DNA from: a bacterium
GTDB lineage: Bacteria > UBA10199 > 2-02-FULL-44-16 > JAAZCA01
Reading direction: 5' to 3'
NCBI GenBank assembly: GCA_963674695.2
Contig: CAXXGI010000001.1
Coordinates: 448,001-512,000, forward strand
DNA: 64,000 nucleotides
Shown: positions 55,301-63,000 of the stretch, one piece after another
How positions within the stretch are numbered: position 1 is the stretch's first letter
Layout: the number at the start of each line of letters is the position of its first letter
Program-made: the position numbers and the translations under genes
The notes under the pieces: model-generated
Told to the model about the DNA's origin: nothing
The model's input: only the letters and a program-made list of their open reading frames with translations
Database searches by the model: none

Positions 55301-56150
55301 CCTCCGGCTCCATATCGAGGTCGATGTCGGCGATCATCGGCCGTCCCGCGGGTGCGACCGCGAGCGGATAGCGGCGAACGAGATCCCCCTCGGCATCGAG
55401 TGCGATCAACTCCGGCGCACTCGTCCCGACGAGGATCTCTTTGCGACCGTCACCGTCGACATCGATCGAGCCCACACCCCCTTGAAAGGATACATCGGTA
55501 TCGAGTGTGAAGAGCAGATGCCGCGAGCCGTCCGATTCCCATCGCACGAGTTCCCGGCCTTCGCGATCAACCCCATAGAGCTGCACACGGCCGTCGTTGT
55601 CCGGATCGGCGGTGATGAGCCATGGCATCGCCCCCATATCGGCGTCGAACGCATCAAGTTTCACAAACCCTGCGCTGCGTCGATAGACCGAGACGGCTCC
55701 CGCCGCCGTGGCAAAGGCAACCTCCAGGCGGCTGTCCTCATTGATGTCGGCGATGATCGGTGCCGCGACAAGTGCGCTCGTTCCGGGGATGGGAAAACGC
55801 CAGCTCGCGAGCTCCACGCCATCCCCCCGCAGGACACGCATCTGCTGCGCGCCCGAAGCACCGCGGAGCACGAGGACGATCTCCAGCCGTCCGTCCCGCG
55901 TCACATCGACGAGTCGCGGCGACAGCGAAACACCGTAGCCCTCCCCCGCAAACGCGATCGGCCAGCCCTCGATCACCTCGCCCGTGCGATCCCACGCATA
56001 GACGCGCCCATCGCGCGACACCGTCACGCGCTCCACGGCATACGAGTCGTCGATGTTCCCGACGGACAGGTGCGCATGGGCCGCTCCATTCGAGAGAAAA
56101 GCAACGAGCGCCGTCACGACGAGGACAATTGCACAAATACGTTTCATCAT
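46338..56150 (-). CDS. Giant (3270 aa) surface protein: FG-GAP/VCBS repeats, FlgD-like Ig domains, tandem Ig-like repeats, TSP3-like Ca-binding repeats, GGGC-TM-RR sorting tail
   Basis: Signal peptide; DINEDSRLE and DVDGDGRKEI repeats; TPNGDG/WNGKD/WDG motifs; IEYRIDxGxWxxY..AVDxxGNxE repeats; DTDDDGVLDGQE repeats; GGGGGAGCSLC...LGVFVLRR. Confidence 0.88.
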   Translation of the reverse strand: MMKRICAIVLVVTALVAFLSNGAAHAHLSVGNIDDSYAVERVTVSRDGRVYAWDRTGEVIEGWPIAFAGEGYGVSLSPRLVDVTRDGRLEIVLVLRGASGAQQMRVLRGDGVELASWRFPIPGTSALVAAPIIADINEDSRLEVAFATAAGAVSVYRRSAGFVKLDAFDADMGAMPWLITADPDNDGRVQLYGVDREGRELVRWESDGSRHLLFTLDTDVSFQGGVGSIDVDGDGRKEILVGTSAPELIALDAEGDLVRRYPLAVAPAGRPMIADIDLDMEPEVIVLLADRSVHAVHPDGTRVRRWSWRMPYEAGDALDTGVVAFDLYEGLLTSVSGWDQTAVYKVSRERFVELTLGENVHVYDRVLAEMEMPITRIEDVAVLPKLITPNGDGHNEEAEIRYLLSTEAAVTVDLLDAAGNRIYRVAEDERQAEGRNAIAIDGVNTQGTVTENDDVALPKGLYFVQLSATNDLGLTSRVNAPLIVFGVRAEIDAPIDADEEDERYPTVHGMVGIRGIATDPNIGEGNDNFDFLAYKVYVRPGAWLVDEDEALHAGDAGSAWSGVPVPIQHQSPDDVAREPADDAYPSANVSVRPVQHGLLAHWDASDMAVTPNGLYTILLKVIDGSGNVPERISFDSVVVQVRNVAPGTPYDPNDPATDPTDPENVGPVLTGLSVQPARITTTDPQSEIAYTLQNETSDISIALYRADGGEVGPVVASFAMGASAPGAYHFTWNGKDNLNRRVDVGRYRARITASAVDGTGGDVATTEDIRMDVATEYNTGLALLSFALSSDVFDPFDFITDENGQDVLAEELSIAYQFNRYARLFIDIVDGDGEVVRTITNGIIDKEGIVSWNGADDRGRVVASGRDFTVRIRGECIDTGCTDLVEDSAGVEVRALAIGGGGLAADISMLIGDEQVSGDTPDQRAGILRDDADVLNDFPLNGSADFSWRAAGKGYVRVPFTYEIEARGTEEWYEDEYKETTVTPENVPLFKVYYDQNPYPGQANVCTQWEHQMAQNYTTTAGLSFTDGFQIKQYGVKSLSIPGAIQLEVTGSDGYSQMHEGPFEFTQSVDSGASVNVTFRLQGRPKGALSSADQQIIMNGCTRGTNLAPCTAMGYAQNPTTSPRPFEGCDRGNPQGYTTQQYCASWPEWTAPTFGGAGAIVSVTCGSVKLWADARKQGTRPWGWFASSGSGFIDSRQYPGSMYTSAYSGATSSGGSNIISSQVDDYKLTFTPRINGENHERSSGDGYLNIDGLIQGWLGSASAPGAGGQMYVDILPAQFQTGDDTNLASNPCLFDGVKYINGTRDTGVQTAAKRCIVGSVEDVNSDAFRLETDPFSVYAAYPIANHPLFYSFSDVVHINEWTIDLRYPDGSVNDAFDVIDLLVHSDGTRDVNGDGVTESNKNVEDRFALRLKPDAAPKRLIEIRGQVVGTRWELRFFDAGANAWRRIAEGNGARSGTLAWWDVSRLNGRSFTVVLRTYDDADAVASEDTMDVDIGTPVHMGEYSVVRSPYGRYAIHFDENSLCPEEGPYPCDSGAEELVTVTPVPMDTPGFYLPSGIAPVGPVIEIKPDDIELNPIYQPQLEVFFTRAEIETLYAQEPQDVRDYVYGITAADVPVMALYNLKEDGELEQLATINTWDDQGTPGTGDDLFRISGLLNHFSRYLVMREDDGYPRLTLDAPGENAVVNGDVHVAGSVSGVDDDDPIDSLVVTVSDEEDHEETIFSGTSDVFDFSWNSDGADGARWIRAVARTNSGQQAEAAVSVVVDNAAPHTQIVVNEQLVEPGALAVVPPESELMLVVEDATERADAIRTISFRWDEGDYQEYEGIIALEALSPGRHAFSCFSEDDQGNQEAVQTVFISIVDPDQPGGGSTSVETLLSVGEPHADNGHEITVGPETPIAIVAAEGSSETHQIRYRINDEDYQVYSAPVTLGVNSEGVYEIEFFGIDFFGLAESAHAQPLVLDSTAPTSTIEVLGSSAEAAGRILATDATQFSCAAEDGGLVPAGVDRIEYRIDEGDWTRYEQPFGIAREGRDEVVLAVRAVDRVGNAEMPTERIIAYDVPKPQLLLVEETPAFSPNADGRQDEAVYHIRVTSAFGGALQATLHIADVEVDRFEGEANEIVLRWDGRFGEHEAADGVYAYRIDVSDGASVAATPLVGEIRVDTLAPAVAVTGVAREGNGVRISYETTDHGAPQAMAARFSLFAGEQEVVALPQSIVTPPNDHAFLWDGLNRFRARALDGGYRYAFTVADAAGNVSVADTGELSLDAGAPTSRLVVMGPTLEQAQERWVGPTTRMLIAASDLAGSIGRIEYRLDGSEWQAYAESFGLAVPGVHDLDHRAVDSAGNEEEPKAHRLILDDVPPVSQLQVEGIEQRVDGVPHWSGTATLVNLQASDAGSGVAHSYMRLESPPVQYDLSAPRALGNIGDGEHVARFWSQDAVGNTESEQEVRFVLHAVPPWTSVDIGSPQYRRGRQIFIDRTTPIQVRAESNVPDVVYLEHRLDGAGRVTVFSEGVAELAAPSFRIADAGGHAIRYLAIDQFENREERELSVTVDNNAPSSTLELSQQAAGEDQLVTPSTAVRLSASDDIVGVSTVEYAIDDGTWESYETPFELRDLAPGAHVISHRSTDYLGHIESSRERHVELLDIEGSLARKDDPRILVLSFTDDTTSDAEVAELRRLAENHAWGFRAVQDLVSFQRGMRSDAFNVFVFNSPNGTHEIESTAFNNQVLRELAARIYKGDVLMLTASAFAIEGVEWTRMLDRVGGVQTATLDASDDGPIEMIANVAGKEYVSAPLSSNIRSFSGISSLCSHVGGDTVVGSREYGDGSLLFVGVNLKVWADSFVPDEKDGDGEDLTRHAGEFEANWDTMWEEIFAQLVQTEESLSPGEVISLVISAAASDRAAQVRLLPGIPSGMSFVGSDGDDSHRSESWIFDLTPGVRREAVYTLRMPATGDAVRILLTRQTSWYNGLSDTTVISFFQEVGPTWADLWQRCAEGLAALRDAHDLPPEASAFLEGLIGRWESARGEPSHEVRLLIVLDTMDALSVLDRSRVKTLYRDLAELVEALQAASFELDVEDVAMDVSVVDADGDGLSDDTENDAGTDPYDADTDDDGVLDGQEIAALEDSDGDGFINALDTDSDGDGLADGLEFGLTEPAVDPDGFGPIKATDEDSEAFVADEDSQTTTNMASADTDGGGLKDGEEDRNANGRVDSGETDPNDPLDDTNPTQFAGGGGGAGCSLCEDGRSVSGVMWLCLFGLILGVFVLRRANIRGRNSC

Positions 56151-57190
56151 TCTTTTTCCGCGACCTCCATCAGTTTATTTCCAATATACATGGAATAGCG
56201 GTAGTAGGGAGCGTTTGAGCATTGTGTTGACTCCGCCGCCCCAAAATGAAGTTCGCACTCTTTCATCCCATCGACCCATTTCTTCATCTTCCTCTCCAAC
56301 GATAGCCCTCCTGCAACTCTGACGATATCTTCCGACACCACGTTTCCACATTCATCGTATTCCAGATACGCTCGAATATAGTGTCGGTCTGAAACTCTCC
56401 CAATCTCCGCACCACTACTGCCCATCCAGTCACACCTCATCAATTCCATGTATCGCCTGTATATCTCATCGTCTGTTGGTCTCTTTTCACTCGGCCCAAT
56501 ATATATTTTCTTCACCCCCTCATGCGCCATCCTCAACAATCGCGGAGATCGTGCAATTTTTCCCTCCCCCTCACTGCTAAGAGGAATTTTAGCCCTATAC
56601 ACATCCTTCATATCCTCCTGAATCAGCGGCACATACAACTCCAACCCTTCAAGCGAGTGAATACGGCGATTACGCTCCTTCTCATCTTTTCGCTCAATAT
56701 AGATGAGGCCGTAATACGTCTCTTTCGGAGCAATCCAGGGCGCATAGTAGACCTCATTCATAGTTGGATTGAGCAGGGCCTCACGAGGCGCATACGCATC
56801 CCTTACCTCACGATTCATTTTACATACGTCTCTGTGAAACTCCGGCCCAGCAATACCACCAAGCGGCCGTCTTCTCGAAAATGGGGACATCTTTACCACA
56901 CCCCTCCCCCCCTGTTTGCTATCCTTTACATGCATCTTATTCCTATAGGTCGAGAGCGCCTTGTCGCTGTAATTTTGGATCATGACACCAACAGGAATAA
57001 GGCTTTTCTTTTCACCGTCGCTAAGGATCTTGATCAGCTTGCGTTCCTTTCGCGATGTATAGGGATGCACGGCCACAACAATCTTGCCATCGGCTGACAC
57101 CACAACCTCGCGAGCGAAGTCCTCCGCACTCGCCGTCATGCTGACGAGCAACAAAACAACTGCCACCAGCATCGTTTTTACAATCTGCAT
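56147..57190 (-). CDS. Secreted hypothetical protein (~347 aa), basic, AT-richer than flanks
   Basis: AGGAGG RBS; signal peptide ending ASA; overlaps both neighbours. Confidence 0.75.
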   Translation of the reverse strand: MQIVKTMLVAVVLLLVSMTASAEDFAREVVVSADGKIVVAVHPYTSRKERKLIKILSDGEKKSLIPVGVMIQNYSDKALSTYRNKMHVKDSKQGGRGVVKMSPFSRRRPLGGIAGPEFHRDVCKMNREVRDAYAPREALLNPTMNEVYYAPWIAPKETYYGLIYIERKDEKERNRRIHSLEGLELYVPLIQEDMKDVYRAKIPLSSEGEGKIARSPRLLRMAHEGVKKIYIGPSEKRPTDDEIYRRYMELMRCDWMGSSGAEIGRVSDRHYIRAYLEYDECGNVVSEDIVRVAGGLSLERKMKKWVDGMKECELHFGAAESTQCSNAPYYRYSMYIGNKLMEVAEKE

Positions 57191-59706
57191 GATCCCTCCT
57201 TTGACGGCATGATTTGCTTCACATTTTTTCGACGCCCCACAATGGTGACGAGCACCATCATGATGAGAATACAACCGATTGAATCCTTCCGCCCACGCAT
57301 GATGCTACACCCCCCTCCCGAACTCGTCGCATCGGATTCACTGGCAACAGCGACAGCAGCATCATCTATCGTTGAAAACAGGATCGCGGTGCCACCATAA
57401 CTCACCTTGTCAGCCCCCTTCACCAACGGCGACACACACATGACATATTCGCCCACGCCGAGCGCATCGACAAATTCGATCCGCACTATATTCATTGAAA
57501 ATGGCGCATATACCGTCGATGGCACCAATGACTCCGAACGACACAACGCTTCATCCCAAAGCTGCTTTCCCATCATCGCACCATCACGTATCGATGCCGC
57601 AGTTGTTTCAGACAATCGACTTACGAATATCCTCTCCTCATTATAGGAATCTGCCATGAGGTTCCTGGGAAATTGAATTTTCAGAAATTCGATATCCGCA
57701 GGGACATCCGTCGCACCGCCATCGATGCCATCTATCGTTATGCCGGACTCCCCAAAGACAGGGGGGTAGTCCTCCAATACCGCTTGAACCGCCGAATACG
57801 CATCAACCTTTCCATACCCCCAAGTGTCGTTCGGAACATCACCGACATAATCGTCCTGCCGAGACGTATCCTCGAGATAGTCCCGAATTTGATCATAGGT
57901 TAACTCGGGAGCCACCTGCAGCATCAGGGCCACCACACCGGCGACATGTGGCGATGCCATGCTCGTCCCCGCCATCGCGACATAATCCCAACCGATTTCG
58001 AGGAGAGGGTTAAAACTCGCATCATCTGAGCGGGCGGATATAACGTACGCACCGGGAGCGGTGAAATTCGGCTTTTCGCCCTGCTGATCCGTCAACGATG
58101 GACCCCTGCTGCTGAAGGGAGCAATATCACCCACCACTACACTGGTATCGGTCACCGATCGACCTTGGCGGTCCGTCCACTCATTTCTCGTTCCGCATGC
58201 ACCAACCGTTATCACATTTCCCGCTGTACCAGGAGCAGTGACGGTCGAATCACTATCTCCGGGAACATACTCATATCCGGGACCGGAGCCACTCGCCGGA
58301 CTGAACAGAAAACCTGAAGACGGATAGGTCCACGCGTGCACCTGGCTGCAGCTGCCGGAAAATACGACGGAAAAATAATACGTCTCTGGAACCGATTCTG
58401 AATTCGGTTCGATAAGCAATGACGCATGCGATTTTCCGTTGAGGGCATTAACGCTCTCGGATCGATCCAAAGCGTAATCCATCGTTCTATACGAACGCTC
58501 TACACTTCCCCCCAGCGCGATCCATCCTGTCGTATCCAGAACAGTATCATTGTCATAGTCATGAACATTCACCTGAATATCGACATCGCATGATGCGTTA
58601 TTCCAGATATCGACGTAATACAAATCACTCTCCACATACACCTGAATCAAGGCACCCTTATCCTGCGCTGCCTCCAGATCGAAACCAACATGCGATCCGC
58701 CATACTCCTCATCGACGGCACTGTTTCCTGCCGAGACCACGACAGCCCTTCCGGGGCTTTCTTCGACCAACGCGTCGAGACACTCGTCAAACAACGTGGA
58801 TCCGTCATGCGGCCCAATTTCAGTGCCCAGACTGATATTGATGACGGCCGGCATTCCCAACGCATCCGCTTTTTTGAAGATATAATTGGCGGCATCACAG
58901 ACATAGGTGGAGAATGTATTTGCGACAAATTCAGGTATATTGCTTGGCTCCTTATATTTCACTGCGATGATCGATGAGCCCGATGCCACACCAGGATAGT
59001 TATTAGAGATATGCCCGCCCGCCGCAGTGCCGGCAACATGCGTCCCATGCCCATTTACGTCCTGATGTGGAATATTCATATCTCTCTCACCATAGTATGC
59101 GACCTCATACTCGGCACCATACGACGACGACAACTCACTGGGTGAATCACCCCATTGATTCTGATCCCAGATATAGAGCACCCGGGATCCGCCTGAAGCA
59201 GACCGACGAAAGGCATCATGATACGCATCGATTCCAGAATCGATGACACCGACGACAACCCCTTCCCCATCGTAATAACGCAACATATCCAACCCATCAT
59301 AGACATCGACGACCCGGGTATCGACACCGGCCACATTATTCTTGTTGATGAGCGGCTTTGCGACCTCAATGTATTCGACCTCGGGCCAGGTTTCTGCCTC
59401 CTGCAACTCCTCCTGTGGCATGGAGGCCGTCATAACGGAACCAACGACCGTCCGCACCGCACCTCCGCACGTCCATATGCGCGCTGCGGTGACATCCGTA
59501 TCGGATGACTTGATAAACACTTCGATCATCGCCTCAGAACCATCATTGGACAAGGACAAGTGATACCCACCCTCACCTGCCGGTCGCTTAAGAACTTTCC
59601 AGAATGGATCAAGCTTCCCGGCATGGGCGGATAGAGATATTCCCAGAACCACGGCAACAACGGCCACGCACCACAGATGCTTCATATATGTTTGATAATT
59701 ATTCAT
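57178..59706 (-). CDS. S8 serine protease (CspA-like insertion) with GGGC-TM-RRK sorting tail
   Basis: IDSGID, GHGTHVAG, AGTSMASPHVAG, WGYGKVDA; C-terminus SSGGGCSIM...VLVTIVGRRK. Confidence 0.92.
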   Translation of the reverse strand: MNNYQTYMKHLWCVAVVAVVLGISLSAHAGKLDPFWKVLKRPAGEGGYHLSLSNDGSEAMIEVFIKSSDTDVTAARIWTCGGAVRTVVGSVMTASMPQEELQEAETWPEVEYIEVAKPLINKNNVAGVDTRVVDVYDGLDMLRYYDGEGVVVGVIDSGIDAYHDAFRRSASGGSRVLYIWDQNQWGDSPSELSSSYGAEYEVAYYGERDMNIPHQDVNGHGTHVAGTAAGGHISNNYPGVASGSSIIAVKYKEPSNIPEFVANTFSTYVCDAANYIFKKADALGMPAVINISLGTEIGPHDGSTLFDECLDALVEESPGRAVVVSAGNSAVDEEYGGSHVGFDLEAAQDKGALIQVYVESDLYYVDIWNNASCDVDIQVNVHDYDNDTVLDTTGWIALGGSVERSYRTMDYALDRSESVNALNGKSHASLLIEPNSESVPETYYFSVVFSGSCSQVHAWTYPSSGFLFSPASGSGPGYEYVPGDSDSTVTAPGTAGNVITVGACGTRNEWTDRQGRSVTDTSVVVGDIAPFSSRGPSLTDQQGEKPNFTAPGAYVISARSDDASFNPLLEIGWDYVAMAGTSMASPHVAGVVALMLQVAPELTYDQIRDYLEDTSRQDDYVGDVPNDTWGYGKVDAYSAVQAVLEDYPPVFGESGITIDGIDGGATDVPADIEFLKIQFPRNLMADSYNEERIFVSRLSETTAASIRDGAMMGKQLWDEALCRSESLVPSTVYAPFSMNIVRIEFVDALGVGEYVMCVSPLVKGADKVSYGGTAILFSTIDDAAVAVASESDATSSGGGCSIMRGRKDSIGCILIMMVLVTIVGRRKNVKQIMPSKEGSCRL

Positions 59707-59793
59707 AATATCCTCACCTGTGAGCTGCCGTGATAAATCAGTTCAGTCATCATCATTCCGCTTCCTTCGTTTGAATGAGAAAAACATGAGCAC

Positions 59794-60006
59794 TCAAAAA
59801 AACAACATCACCAATATAACGTAGATAACAAACAATACAGGCACTGTCATGAGCCATCTCTTCTCGCTTCTATTTAAACGAAACACATCTCCCGTTGACA
59901 GACATACCTTCTTCGTCCTCTTTCTATAGTTCAATATGGATCTCCGCATACACTCATACATCAAGCCAAAAATCATAAATGACACCAATACTTCGACATA
60001 ATACAT
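59794..60006 (-). CDS. Small 2-TM membrane protein, candidate RHS immunity protein
   Basis: GGGAGG RBS inside the RHS 3' end; two hydrophobic segments around a basic loop; AT-rich. Confidence 0.65.
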   Translation of the reverse strand: MYYVEVLVSFMIFGLMYECMRRSILNYRKRTKKVCLSTGDVFRLNRSEKRWLMTVPVLFVIYVILVMLFF

Positions 60007-60008
60007 GT

Positions 60009-63000
60009 TCACCTCCCTTTCTTCGGATGGCGATCATCTCCCTGTCCACATTCAACATGTGTACTTCTATTACTCTGTTGCATTAACATGACCGCCACAT
60101 CTTCGAAATTCATATTTGTCGATCCGTACAAACTCTTCTCCTGCAATGCAACTTGGTGTGGAAAACCGAAGCTGGGACCAATGCTCAAATTGATACCGCC
60201 CAACACGGGTTCTTCATTAGATTCACCAATTGAAATGCCAATGCTAAAATTTCGCCCCTCACCGATCTGATAGCTTGCAATAGGCTCAACACCCTTCCGT
60301 CTAACTGTGACATCAAGTCCAGCACCAAAGGAAGGCGTTATATACGACAGCGTCGAATCACTCGAATAATTCACAAGACCTAATGACACACTAGTTTCGA
60401 ACCGCACTTCGAAATTGTGCCCAATATCGAATGATATATACCCTGGTGTATCAGTTGCATATATTTCCGGATTATCAAACGCATCAGGAGTAATCATTAT
60501 GGGGAACATAAACAACCCCATCGGATCATCCCGGTTCACCGGATTTCCACCCACATACGCATACAGGTTCATGCCGTCGTCGTACCAGATGGGGTCGCGT
60601 TGCATGAATCTTCCCAACTCCGAAGAGTACATGCGATTGCGATAATAATAGAACCCTGCCTCCTCGTCGTATCGACGAGAGCTGAAGAGATACGCATTCC
60701 CGATCGCACTCGATTCAAGCTCGATACCATCCGCATCCGTGATCGTCACCGTACCATAGGGGTCGTAGCTGTATCGCTCGGCGACTTGTCCGAGTTCGTC
60801 CGTCAGCATCCGCACATTTCGGTTGAAGTCGGTCTGATAGAAGAAGGTCTCTCCGTCGCGGAGCATCGCAATCGGGTTGTCGATGGTGTCGTCGAGAACG
60901 TAACCGTTCACGAAAATTCCGTCCTCATACTCCTGCACCACCTGCCAGCCGTCATAGAGATATTCCACTATCCGGCCGTCTGCATGGATGACGGCGATGC
61001 GGCGTTTGAGGGCGTCGTAGGCGTATTGCACGATGAGCGTGTCGTCGTCGTGATTTCGCACTTCGATCAGGAGATTGCGATCGTCATAGACATACCGCTG
61101 CACGCCGTCATCGATCAGGTTCCCGGCGGCGTCATAAACAAGCGTTGTTGCCACCCCATCACCGCCATCGATGGAGAGCGAGAGTTCGGGATATTGGTTG
61201 AGCGCGTCGACGGTGTAGGTGGTCAGATCCGTGAGCGCAGGATCGTTCGGGTCGCGATAGCGTGTCCGTGCGGTGATGTTGTCGAGGGGATCGAGGTCGT
61301 AGGCGATGCGCTCGCTCCCCAACGTCGCCTCCGTGAGGCGATCAAGATCATCGTACTGATAGCGACGCTCATAATCGCCGGCATGGCGGTCGATCTCGGA
61401 GAGACGGTTGCCGACGCCATCGTACACGGCAGCAAGATCGAAGGGATGCGCACCGCCCGGGGCCTCGACCCATTTCTGGATCGGCCGCGCGATGGCATCA
61501 TACGCATATGACGCCGTAAGCTGATTCCCCAGACGCGCCTGTGCGCGGCGCCCCCCCACATGATCGAACTGGGCGATGAGGCCGGCGGTTGCTTCCGCAA
61601 CCGTGTCGATCCGACCAATCGCATCGCGCGTGTAGCTCACGGCGATGCCGTCGGGGGTAGTGAGGGACGTCAGGCGATCCTGCGCATTGAACGCGCGATC
61701 TACGCGCCGTCCGTCCTGGAGGCTCACATCGTTTCGGCCATAGGGGTCGAACCCCTCCTCCAGATGGCTAATGAGAAGCCCCGCGCCGTCGCGGCTTTCG
61801 GCCTCGCGCATCCGGCCCAGGCCATCATAGCGAAACGCATCTTCGCGCAGAAGGTTCCCCTCCTGCCAGGCACGGCGGGCAAGGAGATGCCCCGCGCCGT
61901 CGTAGCTCTTGCGCTCTTCGACGCCGCGCGGGTCCACCCGGCGCACGGGCCGCGAGGCACCATCGTACTCCACGGCATAGGCCGCGCCATCCGGCAGGAC
62001 CGTGCGCACCCGGCGATCGAGGGCGTCATAGGCAAAATCCGTTCGGTTTCCCTTGGCGTCGATGAGCGCCACCACGTCTCCGTTATCATTATATATGGTC
62101 GTCGTCTCCACACCCCCCTGGCGAATCTCGACGGTGGGGCGATCGAGTCCGTCAAAACGCTGAAGCGTTACCCGCCCCTCGGCATCGGCCTGCCAGATGC
62201 GGTTTCCACGGCCGTCATAGGCAAAGCGCTCTGTTTGCCCCATGTCATCTTCGCGCGAGACCATGCGGCCGGCGACGTCATAGGCGATACGTGTCGTCCG
62301 CTCCACCGTCGCCCCACTCACTTCATCGATCTCGCCTTGCGCGATCTCGGTGGGCCGGCCCATACCATCGCGAAGCGTGCGCACTTCGTTGCCCACCGCA
62401 TCGCGCTCGACGCTCACACGCCCGGCGGAATCATAGGCAACCGTGGCAATGGCCCCCAGGGGGTCGATCGTCTCGATCAAGCGAGACGCGGCATCATAGG
62501 AAAAGGTCGTCTCCCGAGAATCACCCGCTATGCTGTTCGCAACGGCATATTCACGCTCGATCAGAACGCGCCCGCGCTCGTCATAGACGCGCTCCTTTTG
62601 CGCCAAAAGCGTTTCCGGATCGCTGTCCGGCTCGGGAGCACCGAAGCGCTCTTCGCGCACAACGCGGTCGAAGGCGTCGTAGGTCAAACGCGTACGCGAG
62701 CCGACCGGGTCGATCGTCTCGACGAGCCGGTCATGGCCGTCATAGACATATTCGGTGCGGGCCCCCGCACCATCGACCATTGCCACCTTGTTCCCGTTGG
62801 CGTCGTAGCGATAGCGCTCGACCGATTCCTCGGGACTGTCAAAACCGCGGCGCACGCGAAGGACCAGATCGCGCTCGTCGTATTCCGTGAGTGTGGAGTT
62901 CCCCATGGGGCGGATGACGCGCGTGCGGTTTTCGTTTCCATCATAGCGATATTCGGTGACGACGAACCGGTCGGCCGAGACCTCGCCCTCGCGCAGGACG

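Noticed and set aside
54348-56198. 616-aa plus-strand ORF
   Set aside because: Antisense shadow of the giant surface protein.
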